Position numbers and translations under genes: made by a program | Source: the human T2T-CHM13v2.0 reference genome, Homo sapiens | Assembly (NCBI RefSeq): GCF_009914755.1 | Contig: NC_060932.1 | Reading direction: 5' to 3' (one strand) | DNA: 64,000 nt | Notes under the pieces: generated by a model | What the model was told of the DNA's origin: nothing | The model's database searches: none | What the model saw: the letters and a program-made list of their open reading frames with translations, nothing else | In this document: positions 11,932 through 26,588 of the stretch, in pieces | Layout: every line of letters begins with the position of its first letter | Position numbering within the stretch: the stretch's first letter is position 1

Positions 11932-13516
11932 CTTCATGAGTTTAGTTTTGATCTTTGAGGCTGCTGACCCTTAGATGGGGTTTTTATGGGAACTTTTTTT
12001 GTTGTTGATGCTGTTGTTGCTTTCTGCTTGCTTGTTTTTCTTTCAATGATCAGGTCCCTCTTCTGTAGGGCTGCTGTGGTTTGCTGGGGTTCACTTCAGG
12101 CTCTATTCATCTGGTTTGCTCCCCCACCTGGAGATATCACTCAAGGAGGCTGGAGAATAGCTAGATGGGTGCCGGCTCCTTCTTCTGGGATCTCTGACCT
12201 TGAAGGGCACCAACATGATGCCAGAAGGATCACTCCTGTATAAGGTGTCTGACAACCCCTCTTGGAGGGTCTCACGTAGTTGGGTGGCACGGGGATCAGG
12301 ACCCTTTTAGTGAAGCACTTTGTCCCTTGGTGGAGGAGGTGAGCTTTGCTGGGGGAAAACCCACTCGTCTGGGCTGCCCGGATTCCTCAGAACTAGCAGG
12401 AGGAAAGGCTAAGTCTGCTGGTTCACAGAGATTGTGGCCACCCCTCCCTCTAGGGGCTCAGGCCCAGGGAGATCAGATTTCTGTGCCTGAGTGCCTGGCT
12501 GGAGTTGTTGGAGTTCCTGCAGGGAGGCCCCACCCAGTGAGTAGGGATGGGTCAGGGTCAGGCCTGAAGGGGCACTCTGGCGACAGTCTGCCACAGCTGG
12601 TGTGTTGGGCTGTGGGGGACACCTCTTGGGACCAAGCCATCTAGCCTTCCTGGCTCCAGCAAGGGAAAAGCGCAGCCTGGAGCTATAGAGATGGCTGCTG
12701 CCCTTCCCCTATCCAGGGAGCTTAGTGTGTTAGGCAGCTATCAGTCCCAGTGCTGGTTGCTGCCCCTCCTCCAAGGAGCTTAAATGGCTCAGACAGCAGG
12801 GAGCCACAGCCCTGGTGCTGGTCGCTCCTTCTCCCTGGAATTCCGCAGGCTCAAGCAGATTCTAGCTGGGAGCCCATTGAGAATCTGTGTGGCTCTGGAG
12901 TTGGGAGTCTAGGCCCCGGTGGCATGGGTTCACGAGTGGGATCTTCCAATCCGTGGGTTGCACAGTTCTGTGGAAAAAGCATGGTTTCCCCGGCTGGGTA
13001 GCACACTCACTCACTGCCTCCCTTGGCTGGCAGGGGGCTCCTCTGCCCCGTGTGGCTCTCAAGTGCGCCGCTGAACCACACTGCTCTTCCTTCCTCTCCG
13101 TGGGTCGCGCCGGCCACCTAGTCAGTTCTGATGAGAGAACCTGGATACCTTGGTTGCCGGTGCAGGATTCACATGCTATTATGGCTCTTTTCGATGGAGC
13201 CTCTGACCACTGCGGCTTCTAGTTGGCCATCCTGGCCCTGCTCCCTGATTTAGCTGATTTTATTTGTAAAAATGTTCCATGCTTTATCACTTATTTTATC
13301 TTAGGGATGTTGGAATTATGCTGTAATGTTGGCTTGTATGCATGTGTATATTTTGTATGCAGTGAGAGCTTCTTGTTGGCTGCTCATGATTCGGGGCACT
13401 TTATTCTCCCTCCGGATGATTTTGGTGATGCCTCACACTTTCAGGTGGTTAGAAGAGTCCAACGATTTCAGCCAATTTGAGACTTTGCCCAGACTTTATT
13501 AAATTGGCAATAGATG

Positions 13517-13790
13517 AGCTATTCTCCAGCCCCCTTGAGTGATATCTCCAGGTGCGGGAGCAAACCAGATGAATAGAGCCTCAAGTGAACCCCCAGCAAA
13601 CCACAGCGGCCCTACAGAAGAGGGACCTGACCATTGAAAGAAAAACAGAAAGCAGAAACAATAGCATCAACAACAACAAAATACTCCCACAAAAACCTCA
13701 TTTAAGGGTCAGCAGCCTCAAAGATCAAAACTAGACAAACTCATGAAGATGAGAAAGAATCAATGAAAAAAACACTGAAAAATCCAAAAA
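13517..13790 (+). mobile_element. Internal L1 fragment (end of 5' UTR and start of ORF1), inverted relative to the adjacent L1
   Basis: Reverse complement of about 11892-12162. Flanked by AATAGATGAGC (13509-13519) and AATAGATAAGC (13790-13800). Confidence 0.92.
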
Positions 13791-13893
13791 ATAGATAAGC
13801 AATAGTTGTGATCTTTTAGATCAAGGGTTGTGAACATGGCCTGGGGGCTGAAGGTAGCTGTTTTGCCTGTCACGTGGAAAAGGCTTGACTATA

Positions 13894-14399
13894 TAGATGC
13901 TCCTTGGCTTACTATGGGGTTATGTCCCAAAAAACTCATCATAACTTGAAAAGTCCAAAAGGCAATTAATACACCTAACCTACTGAACATCATAGCCTAT
14001 CCTAGCCCACCTTAAACATGCTCAGAACACTTACATTAGTTGGGCAAAATTACCAAACACAGAGCTTATTTTATAATAAAGTGTTGAATACTGTATACAA
14101 ATGGGTGTTTTGAAGACATGACAGGATGTGAAAACACTAAACACAGTATCCAAAAAACACTGTCAACACAGCACACTAGAGTGTTGGTTGTTTACCTCAT
14201 GATCCTGTGGCTGTTTGGGAGTTCCAGCTCCTTGTCACTGCCCACCACCATGAGAGTGTATCATACCACATGCTGCTAGCCCAGGAAAAGGTCAAAATTC
14301 AAAATCTGAAGTACGGTTTCTACTGAATGGATATTGCTTTCATACCATCATAAAATAATGAAATCATAAGTTGAACCATCGTAACTTGGGGACTGTCTG
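13894..14399. mobile_element. MER47/Tigger5-type TcMar DNA transposon
   Basis: Termini tagatgctccttggcttac and gtaacttggggactgtctg, TA on both sides, internal aatacacctaacctactgaacatcatagc. Confidence 0.85.
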
Positions 14400-16379
14400 T
14401 ATTCAGATAGAATAAAGCCAGTGACCAAAGATAATCAGAGACAGACAGGTGGACAGAAAGGTGAAACACTGTCATCATGATCTCAGCTCAGGTAGATAGC
14501 TATGCCTGAGGCCAGCTTTATATCAGGACTTGCCAGTTGCACCAGTCAATAATTTCCCTTTATTGCAACTTGCTGAGCCAGTTGGTCTTGAAATTCTATC
14601 GTTTCCTACCAAAATTCTTACCTTAGAGTATGTCATAATCTGAAATGTGTGGTAAATATTGTGCTTGGCTCTGACTCTCCTTCTGCCTCCTGTCCTGCTG
14701 CCCCTTATAGGAGGAGAGTATTTGCGATAGAGTCAGGCAAACATGGGCTTGCAATCTGGTTTTAGCAAACGTTATTGTCACAGTTTGTGAGAGAAGTGTC
14801 ATGGTGTCAGGTCAAGAAGGCGTGTTCACAGTCACTCAGATCTGGGGTTTTAATCCCGGCCAAGTCACTTTCTAGCTTTGTGTTATTGAGTACATTTCAT
14901 AATCCCTTTGAATTATTTTTCCTCAATATAATGTGGCAATTATACCTCCTAACTTTTGGAGTTTCTTTGATAATCACAGATGACTTGCTTTGCAGTCTTG
15001 ATAAATAATCGTTATTATTTTGACAATCTCTTCAGTTTTCCTTGTTCCTTAAAAAACAGTCTTTTATTAAATTCCTCCAGAGTGTTTTTCTAAATTTGCA
15101 AAACAAATTGACAAATGAACCAAACAACAGCAAAAACACTCAACTTTAAAATCTTTCGCAGGTGATTGAAGATCTAGTAAATAGAGGTCACAGGACAATT
15201 TGTTTTGGATATAGCATAATACAGTTTCTATTTCTGCATTCCCCTCAAAAAGGACTAAATAGCGAAGTTTACATTAATTGATTTGTAAATTCATGATCGT
15301 AAATAATTTAATAAATCCTCTTGTTTGCAAGACTTCTGTAGTGGGGCACTGCTTGTGGTCTTTTTCCTCCAAAGATAATGGGGTAAAAAGGAAACAAAAA
15401 TTTCTACATTTCTTTCACCCCCACATTCTGTTGCTAATCAGCCACAATATTAAAAGCAGATGTGAACACTCATCAAGAAATGGAAACAGCATTACCTGTG
15501 CACAAACTGTGTGTCAGGTATTCTGTATTGCTTTTTTCTTTTAACTCACCCCTAACAACCTTGGGAGGTGCAGGAGAAGCTCAAGAGGAGTACCTTTCTT
15601 CCTGCAATGTCTTTTCAGCACCGTCTATTGGTAAAGGTAACAATGGAAAAATATTTAAAGGGCCCAGCTCCATTTTTTTGCAGGGCTGTCATTGAGGGGT
15701 TACTTTGCAGCTGAGTGGCAATACATTGATAAGTGGCATACTTGCAACATGAAATAAAAGAAAATAACAAGAACTTATCACAAAGGGAGAAAAATTGGTA
15801 CCAAGAAAAGACACCTGAAAGCAATTTGGTTTTAAAAGAAGAAAATGTCATATGAAGTGGTATAGAAAAAAAAAAGATGACTGAGATTAGATTTTGGAAA
15901 CATGAAATTAGAAATTTAAAAAGTGCATTTCAAGAATAAGGAATCATAGCTCAGTGACATTAGAACTACGATCAACATCTCTGTGCCTCAGTTTTCTCAT
16001 TTGAATGAAAAAGATGATAATAATAGAACTTATTTCTCAGGGCTGTTGTCAGAGACTTAATGGTATATTACACAAAATGGATTTTAGAGCAGTACCTGTA
16101 TTAAATGATCAACAGACATTAGGTACTACTTTTAATTTTTAGAATGCACAAATTGGTTAAGTACTTATTTTGTCTTATAAAATTATAGTAATGTATTCAA
16201 TCATTTCATCGAATATATATTTATTGAGCACCTACATACACTTCTGTAGACATTCAGGATAGATCAGTGGCCAAATCAGGCAAAAATCCTTAATAGAGCT
16301 AATAGTCTAGCATGGAATGTATAAGCATTAATAGCCTTATGAGGTGTGTCTTGCTTTTCTTCTCTATTTCCCCTCTATG

Positions 16380-16699
<320 letters not shown>

Positions 16700-16724
16700 T
16701 AAAGAGGAGGAGGAAGCTCTAGAA

Positions 16725-16937
16725 CAGGAACTGGCAAACCTCAGACAGTAAGCCATACCCAGCCCACCACTTGTTTTTGTAAATATAGATTTATAGGAAC
16801 ACAGCCATGCCCATTTATTTATGTATTGTTTATGACTGCTTTCATGCTACAGTGGCAGAATTGAGTGGTTGTGACTGGGATCAAGTGGCCCACAAAGCTG
16901 AAAGTATTTACTACCTGGCACAGATTTCCCGTCCCTG
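16725..16937 (+). mobile_element. MER58A-type hAT DNA transposon
   Basis: tttttgtaaat...ggaacacagccatgcccatt...ggcccacaaagc. 8-bp TSD CTCTAGAA at 16717-16724 and 16938-16945. Confidence 0.88.
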
Positions 16938-19900
16938 CTCTAGAAGACGGCAGAGCTCCACGGACAGAGGGAGCCTGAGTGGAGGGAGGAACGTCTGCCT
17001 CTTTCCCCAACACACCCTGATCCATCCACATTAGACCATGTGAGTGAGAAACACACTTGCATTTAGGTTAAGCCTCTGAGATGTCGGGCTGTTTGTTATG
17101 GTAGTTAGCTTAGTGTTATTAATTTAAAGTGTCAAGCTCTCTAAGGGGATCATCGATTTTACAAATGACCACTGTAATCCTTTAATATTTATATTCTCTT
17201 CTGAAGTACCGGTTCAGTGTGTAGATTTTGTCTTTTTTTACTTGATAATTGTCTATTCGAACTTGTCAATAGATATCTTATGCTTTTGGCAATTCTCCGA
17301 CATTACTTTTATTGAGTTCATGAAATTCTATGTCTTTGAAAAAGTTACAATTTCATTTTGTAAACAACTCCAAAAGTATTTGTATAACATTTGAAATACT
17401 TGACATGCATAGAATAATCAACAAGAAAACAGAGTTGTTCATGGAGATAGAGACTGGTTATATCAGGAACTCTTTTTTTGTTTTGTTTTGTATTATTTTT
17501 CTTGTTTTCTTTCCTTTTTTTTTTTTATAAAAAAAAGCTTATTTATGACTATTTTTGTGTTAGGTTAATTTTGTTTTTCTACTCAACTTTGTAACTGAGG
17601 AATAGATACCAAAGTATTCACATGGGGCCACTGTCAAAGAAACAAAGAGGAGGGCACATCTAACTTCTCCTGGGGGAGCTGAGAAAGGATTGACAGACGA
17701 CGAGACATTTGAGCTGAGTATTAAAGGATTAATGTGAGTTTACCGAGGGAGAATGATTGTAGGATGAGTGGTTGTAAGCAGATATTAATGACATGTATTA
17801 AGGCATGGAATTTTAAGATGTAGAGAGTTGTCAGTGGAAGCATTAGGTATATATATATAGGGCATGTAAAGGTTGGACAGGTAGGGAAGTAATAGCAAGA
17901 TTGTAAAGGCTTTGAACACTTTTCGATGAGTTTTGTTGACTTTTTCTTTTTAATCAATAAGCCACTGATTTAAAAACTGTGAACTTGCCATTTCCAGTTC
18001 CATGTCTCTGCAGTACTGTCCATTCTAGTCCCTTAAGAAAGTCATTCATAGACAGAAAAATCCTTAAGATTGGGTGGAACCCCGTTTGAAAACCACTGCA
18101 GAAGAGAATGGAATGTCATAGAGGGCTTTGAAGCAGTGAAGGGACATGAGAAAATCTGTGTTTCGGGTAGACCATGCTGGTGTCATGTGAGAATGGACTG
18201 GCGAAGGAGAAACTGGAGCCAGAAGAACATTTAGGAGAATGAAGTCAGTGTTGACTGCAGCTGAGTTCAGAACCAATAATGATACAGGCACCTTATAAAT
18301 ATACATGGGTTTAAAAAAAATCCATAACCATTTTAGGAGTAGGCAGAACACCTATTATATATCTTATTTGAAGAGCAAGAGCCCTCTGTTACTGTTTGGT
18401 ACTCTAATGTCATTGAGATGAAAGTTCATGGTATGTTTTAGAGGGAAGCGCATCTGGTTAAAGGGAGGGTTAAAGGAGGCATCTGGATAAATAGTGCCAA
18501 TTTTGGAGCATTCTTTTTGGGAAAATGAAAAATCTGAGTTGATTCCTGGCCATAAAGAATAGAGTATGAACTAACACTGTGGTTTTGCCAGTTAAACCAA
18601 GTTCTATGAATAAATGCTAAGCCCAAAGCTAAACAAACCGGGAGCTCAATATCTTCCATGCCCAGTTGGGCAAAGGCTGTTAATATGACTTTGTGGTTGG
18701 TAAGACATACCAATTTCAAACTCATTTGGCCAGAGATTCCAGGATGGTAAAGGCATGAAAGAAATAAAATGGAAGTACTAACAACTGTCATAGTTATTTG
18801 ATACTAGAGCGTTATTATTATTAACTGCCTTTTTAAAAAACACCCACTATGGACCCAGGAATTTGCTTATGTTGCATTTAATCTTTACAAGCGCCTGCCT
18901 GGTTCAGTTAGTTTAATCCTAGACATCCTCTAAGGTCAATTTCATATGGCACTTCCTCCCATGAAGCCTACCCTATCCTGCAGCAGTAGATACTCTCCAG
19001 TATCTGCTTTTAAAGCCTTTCCTCTGAGCACTCCTCATCACATTTAGCACTTTGCTTGGGATTTCTATTAACTTTGGGCTGTTGCTACTTCCCCTCCTAG
19101 ATGCTTAATTGATGGCAGAATCTGTGTCTGATGCATTCCATCTTCATTTGCCCTTGCATTCTTCAAGAAACACCTATCATTCACCTCTATGGTAAATGCA
19201 GGAGGTCCAAAGTGAACGAGGCCTGGTGCCTTTGCAGAATGAGTTCCCATTTCCATGGAGAAAGAAGACAGTTAAACATAATTTCAGAGTGTCCAGAGTA
19301 ATTGCAGACACTTAGGCTGGGTGTTGAAGTATGAAAGGGTAAAAATGTAGGCAAATATTTGGAGATGTTGGGGGTCAACATCACACTTGCAGTTGGGCTG
19401 CAAATTGCAGTTCAGGTGTTTGGGGTACAGGGTGGCTGCTGGAGAGGGATGGGCCATTAGTCTTCAGAGGCAGTTTTGGGAGTCATTTATTCTACCACTT
19501 CCAGTGCAGCCTCTGTGACAAGATAGGAACTCAGATGTCTGTTGACTCTCTTGCTTTCACTCACACATGGCATTTCTCATAAAGCCCTTTGATATCTCTC
19601 GTGTGATAGTTCAACTCAAAAACTTTGTGGAAGGTGATGATAGAATAAGAAAGCAATGTTTTGAAGACCTGGATTTGAGATTTGATTTCCTAGCCCTTTC
19701 TTGGCCTCTTCTGCTTTTGTTCTAACTGAGAAGGCTGCCTTGAAGTCAGCAGAAAGTCTGAGTTCTTGGTGGGATATAAGTTCAGGCCCTTAGACATTCT
19801 ATTTTTAATAGACAGGCATGGTCGAGTTTTGTAAATGAAAAAAATCAATACGGCTTTGATATAAAGACTTTGCTTTTCGTTTTTTTCTCTCTTTTTTGAG

Positions 19901-21479
19901 CACTTTCTTTTTTAGTCGGGAGTGAAAGTCACTGTACTGAAAAAAAAATTATGTCCACAGATGAAATATGTTCTCACTGATGTTTTTTGATCAGCTCAGT
20001 GCATACCAAGTGCCTTCAGGTACCCAGGGTCCTGCTGGAGCTGGGGCAGGCATGTGGAAACTGAATTTGTGCATCTGTTGGCATTTTTGTGATCTCTTTG
20101 ATTATTTTTAGGGTGCTGTTGGAAGTCAAAGTTTTCATGGTTTATTAAATTTAGAAATAGAGAGAGCTCACCAGATAAATGGAGCCTCCCATCCACAGGG
20201 CAAGAACTCTTCCCACAGTCCCGGTCCTTGCCAATTATTACACACACTGGGTGTCAAGCCCTAATGAGCAATTTATCATGTTACTCCTTGTAACCTTTTG
20301 ATAGGTCTCCATTGTCTGAAGCCCATATTCCTTAGACTGCCCTTCACAAAACAACACAATTTGACCTCAACCAGAAGTTCGTGGCAGAACGTTAGAAGAT
20401 CCAGGTTCGAGGTGCAGTGAGGTTGCTGATTGTTCATGTGACTGTGCATGGGTCTCCTCGCCTGCTTCCCCGGGTTGCAGAGCCTCCACAAAGCAATTTT
20501 GTTGGGCAAAATGATCTCTAAGTTTTCTTCCAATTCTTTGTTTTGTTTTTGTTTGAACGTTCTTTATCTGTCTCAAAAATTTTCAAACTTACCTCCCACT
20601 GAATATCTACTATATGCCAGAAAATTCAAATATATTATCCCCTTTGCTGTTTACATAATAATAAAGATATTTGCATGTTAGAGGAAAGGAAGTGGAGATC
20701 TATCATCACAATGCTGGAATCTGGTGAATGATGACAGAGTAATGGCTCAGATGATGTACTAAGAAATGGGACCCTCATTTGTTCTACCTATTTTCCAATA
20801 TTATGAATCGTACTAAGCTGATAGGACTTAAACAAATGGAGGGTGCAAAGTCTTAATGGCAAAATAAGGTGAGAATTGGCTCTAGTCTTCACTGAAGGAG
20901 CCTCAGTAATTTGTAGTCATATTTTTTAAAGAGACATAAAAACAAATATGTAAGGACAATTTGGTCTTGTGAAAATAATCTTGTGTTAGCCACAAGGACA
21001 GATGTTTTGTCTGTTTTATGTGTTTGGTACACGTGGAATAAACTATTTTTAAACCGGGTTCAAAAGCCGTGGACATCATTTCTATCTCCATCACTAATTT
21101 ATTGTGATATTTATCATGACCTTAGTTTAGTGGATTAAAATTCTAGGATCAAAATTTTCTCATTAATAAAATCAGATGGTTGGATAGCAGATGATCCTTA
21201 TTTTCAGATTCTAGGAAACAATGGAGAATGCTGCATTAGTAAAAGTTACAAATATTGTATCTGAAAGACTCAGAGATAATACTTGATTATCTAGAATAAC
21301 CTCTTTGTCTGAGTAGGCTAGGGGCTAAAGGAAACTGTCAATTAGCTCCAAAGCAAAGCTCATCAAACTTCCAGTTAAAAGGAAGAGGATTTAAATACGC
21401 TCCACTCAGAAGGTTTTCATTCTGTCAATTAAGGGCTTCTCTTGTATTTTCAAATTCTCTCTTCATTAGCTTCTTTCTT

Positions 21480-22060
21480 TCAGTCTATTAATATGTTTAA
21501 CATAGATCGTTTATTTGAGCCAATGCTTCTTCTAGTTACCTCTCTTTCTCTTATCAGCTATTCCTTCCTCTTCATCTAATATTTACTTGAAACCTGGGAT
21601 ATATAAGTTTCAGCCTTCAACACTCCACTGACATTAAGTTTCCCAGGGTTTCCCAAACCATCTTTGGTGGTCATTCCAATGAACCGTTTCTTCATTTGGC
21701 AGGGTTACTTCCTCCTTAAAATGCTCTGCTCTCTAGATTCCACGCATGTTCCTCACACCCCCAAATCTCTTGGTATATTTCATTTCACTTCTCAGGTATT
21801 TGTGGGCTCTACTTATTCTTCCCACTTAAATATTCCTATTTTGCAGGGTTATGCTTCCAATCTTCTCGTTTACACACTCTTTCCCCAGAGCTCCAGCTAA
21901 TGACACCAACATCTATATCTCTGAATTCAGACTTGTATCCAGCAGGCTTCTGTATGTGAGTATCTCCCCATCCCCACATATCCTCTCCCTCTGCTCTTCA
22001 TCTTAATGAATGGAACATCAATCACTCAATTGTCTGAACCACAATTGAGGCACTACCTTG
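21480..22060 (+). mobile_element. L2 fragment
   Basis: Pyrimidine-rich L2 body motifs (caacactccactgac, gctaatgacaccaacatctatatctct). Confidence 0.55.
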
Positions 22061-22589
22061 GCTGATAAAATAATTGTTAACATTACTTAGTTGTTTACGT
22101 GGATTGGAAGTCTGCTAAACTCTTTATATGAAGCATTTCATTTAAAAGTCACCACAATATAATCATGAGATTTTTATTTTTTTTATTTTATGGATGATTT
22201 TTTTTGACTACCCCTTGCTATCTTTTCCCCAAGTTTCACTCAGGCATTTATGGCCTTGCCTAGAAAATGAATGTGTTGGACTAGATGTTGTCTATCACCC
22301 CTTTTTGCTCCATACTTCTTTGACTTCCAAGTTAGAATTGGAGGCCCTTTCTTTCTGCTTTGTCAGGAATGTAATAACCACCATTCCTTGCACTCATGAT
22401 GTTATTCTAATTCTTCCCTGGCTTGCGCGTAGCCCCACTGAGATGCGGTAACTTCTCTGTTGTTGCATCCTTTTTGTCCCTAGCATAAAGCACAGTATCT
22501 GATGTGCTCACCATAAATGTTTGTTGACCAAATAATTAAATTCTAATGTAGGCTTTTTTATACTTTATGGTTGACTTCAATTTGACCTA

Positions 22590-23280
22590 TCCACATTGGA
22601 AAACAATTACCCACTAGCTTGTAAAATTAAACATTCACATATGCAGCTGCCCAGGAATTGTACCTCTAGGTATACACGGAAGGACAATTCTTGCACAGGT
22701 ATTCAGGAGACATATTTAAGAATGGGAATAGCAGTGCTTTTGCATTATTATACCATTAGAAACCACCCAAGTGCTCACTAAAGGGGAGTAGGTGAAGACA
22801 TCATAGTATATTCACATAATAAAATAGTATACAGCTGTAAAAATGAATGAACTATGACCACACCCAACAGAGATAAATCTTATTAACATAATGTTTGGTT
22901 GAAAAGCAAAACATAAATTGTTTTCGATACGACAGCCTTTTTGTAAAGTTAAGATATACGCAAGACTAAATAATATCTATAGTTCAGATATATGTGCCTG
23001 TGTTGTATACATGTGAGTATGTGACGAAGATTTTATAAACTAAAAGTAAATTTAACGATCCACAAAATTTAAAGTAATTATTATCTTTGGACTTGGTTAG
23101 GAGAGAAAGGCAAGGAAATTGGAAGAGGAGAGCTTTAAATTAAGTAAATGATAAGGTTCTTATTCATGGATTGGGCAATAGATATATACATGCTTTTACA
23201 TGATTAAATTATAATGAATGAAATGAAAATAAGCATGGATCATTGATAGTGTTTCTTGAACCAAGACCTGGAATTACTCA
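22590..23280 (+). mobile_element. L1ME 3' fragment
   Basis: aattgtacctctaggtatac, gaaaccacccaagtgctca, aaaatgaatgaacta, taaatcttattaacataatg. Confidence 0.7.
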
Positions 23281-23865
23281 ACCTTTGTTTATGGTCACAC
23301 AAAATAAACACAAAAATAAAATTCTGATTTTTTGAATTTTATCTTCCTGTAACCCACATGACAGTACCCTGCCCCCTGCCATCCGCTTACCATTCATGTC
23401 AGGATAGTGCTAGGATTTAAAAAGGAAAGTGAAGAATCCAGATGATCTGTGGAATATATCACAAGAAGACATCTTCTATCTGTCATCTATCTTATCTACC
23501 CATCCATCCATCCAACATGCCTCTCTCTGCCTTTTACTCTTAGGCAACTGACAGATTTAGAACTTGTTTATAAAGTGCTTGAGAGAAGAGGCCACATCTT
23601 TCATCTTTGCACTCTCCACAGTGTCTTGCTTCTGTTGTAACTACAAAAATTTGGGTTACATAAAAAGAGTAGAAAATGTATAAGAGTATTCATTAAACAG
23701 TTGAAACACACACTGACCAAGCAATGGGACCTTAATCAGTTTATCTCTAAACAGAGTTAGGGATGATACTGTTCATCCCAGAGATTCCAATGATGAGAAA
23801 ACGGAGGCCCAGATAATGCAATGGGCCTAACCATGTTCACACAGTGAATTAACAGCAGATCATGG

Positions 23866-24375
<510 letters not shown>

Positions 24376-24759
24376 CTCATGCCCGTTTTTTCCCTGGAAA
24401 TCCTCCTGGGAATTGGGTTATCCTCTGGTGTGACTAATTATTGTTTCAGGCTCCTATGTGAGTCTCCAGGGTGGAATCTCCTTGGCCTACCTAGACACGG
24501 TAGGAACCAGAGGGGGTAAACAGCCACTGAAACTTCAGGAGAAAGAGAGGGGACTTAATGGATTAAAGAGGAGAAGCTGAGTCTCTCTTTCACATAAGGG
24601 AATTTTGAAGAATGTAATTTATTTCTAATCTTTATGCTGTGCTCTGATTAATTAAAAAAAAGAGATTCTTCATAAATCTTTCACACTTCAGTCAAGTGAA
24701 CTTCCTGGAATGAGAAAACACTAAAGATTATGGTGATTCAAAAATAAACCAGATCTTGT

Positions 24760-25012
24760 TCCCTCCCTCCTTCTCTCCTTCCCTCCCTCCCTTTGTGGAG
24801 GCTCTGCAACCCAGGGAAGCAGGTGAGGAGACCCATCCACAGTCACATGAACAATCAGCAACCTCACTGCACCTTTCCCTTCCCCTTCCCCTTCCCCTTC
24901 CTCTTGCCCTTCCCGTTCCCCTTCTCCTTCCTTCCTTCCTTCCTTCCTTCCTTCCTTCCTTCCTTCCTTCCTTCCTTCCTTCCTTCCTTCCTTCCTTCCT
25001 TCCTTCCTTCTT
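24760..25012 (+). repeat. Compound polypyrimidine microsatellite (CCCT/CCCTT/CCTT)n interrupted by an 84-bp unique insert
   Basis: Read directly. Pure (CCTT)n at about 24927-25010. Confidence 0.97.
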
Positions 25013-25153
25013 TCATAAATCAGCCACTAATGGACTCTCCACTGTGTGCTAGGTTGTTGCTCAGAAACAAATAGTGACTGGAGAGAGCAGTGGATGAAAC
25101 AAGCTGAAAAAGATATGGTGCCTCCCTCAAAAGCCCTAAACTTGAGTAAATAG

Positions 25154-25608
<455 letters not shown>

Positions 25609-25649
25609 CGAATTCTTTTTCTTTTTCTTTTGTTGTTTTTTGTGGTGTT

Positions 25650-25950
25650 ATTTATTTATTTATTTCATTATACTTTAAGTTTTAGGGTACATGCGCACAA
25701 CGTGCAGGTTAGTTACATATGTATACGTGTGCCATGTTGGTGTGCTGCACCCATTAACTTGTCATTTAACATTAGGTATATCTCCTAATGCTATCCCTCC
25801 CCCCGGCCCCCACTGCACAACAGGTCCCAGTGTGTGATGTTCCCCTTTCTGTGTCCACGTGTTCTTATTGTTCAATTCCCACCTATGAGTGAGAACATGT
25901 GATGTTTGGTTTTTTCTCCTTGCGATAGTTTGCTGAGAATGATGGTTTCT
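25650..25950 (-). mobile_element. 5'-truncated young L1PA 3' end
   Basis: ttatactttaagttttagggtacatg...ttcaattcccacctatgagtgagaacatg...tgagaatgatggttt. Confidence 0.93.
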
Positions 25951-26588
25951 TAAAGTTGTCTCCCAAATTGTGTGAGCTCATGGCTCTGTGAACAATGCCT
26001 GCTACTACCCTAACTTTCTTCCACAATTCTTTTCCTTCAGCATTTATTGAACATGTATTTCCTGATTCAGTCTGCACTCTGTGATTGGTTATTTGACACA
26101 GGGCTGAGGGTTAGCTCACAGGGCAAGTAGCCTGGGGCTGGTACAGGAGCCCAGCTGGAAGTCTTTGCTTAATGTATTCCCATCATAAGAGTCATCACAC
26201 ACATTAGTATTTTAAGTGCTGTAAGAAGTAAAGAAACCTGGGCAATGTTATTAAAATCTGCATTTCTAGACTTACTTAATCCAGATTCAGATTCAGGAAA
26301 TAATTTTTTTTTCCTTTGTAATAAAACTTATTAGTATTTTCTGGAACTCATATTCCAATTTGAGGAACACTGAGTTGGGAAATGCGACAGGTGGCTCAGC
26401 AGCCTACTCTGGTGTTGGTGGAGACGGGGAGTCATGCTTGTATTAATTATGCAGTTGTTGTTGAGTGCCAGTTAGGGTTTAGGTTCTAAAGTAGATGCTG
26501 GGGATTCAGTGGAGAGCAGAAACAGATGTGGTCCTGCTTTCAAGGAACTTAGAGAAGAGATATGTCAAAAAGATGCATGATTATCAGC

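Larger units (their letters stand above)
6765..13245 (-). mobile_element. Full-length decayed LINE-1 (L1PA7/L1PA8-like)
   Basis: Continuous L1 from the 3' UTR/T-rich tail (6765) through ORF2 and ORF1 to a GC-rich 5' UTR ending ...ccatcctggccctgctccc (13245). 16-bp TSD TGATTTAGCTGATTTT at 6749-6764 and 13246-13261, followed by A (TTTT/A endonuclease site). Subfamily is from memory of the 5' UTR type. Confidence 0.97.

Noticed and set aside
6765-13245. Potentially active L1
   Set aside because: Both ORFs are broken into many short fragments by stops and frameshifts.
17514-17538. Poly-T/poly-A hairpin resembling a terminator
   Set aside because: Simple homopolymer juxtaposition with no meaning in this eukaryotic context.
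20367-20576. Same peptide encoded at two loci (also 24756-25052), suggesting paralogous genes
   Set aside because: Explained by the 84-bp inverted DNA copy. No splice or coding signature, and the second ORF runs into microsatellite.
23482-23513. About 31-bp similarity to 62801-62831 (tcatctatct.atctaccca.tcatccatcc)
   Set aside because: Low-complexity TCTA/TCCA sequence, so convergence is likely.
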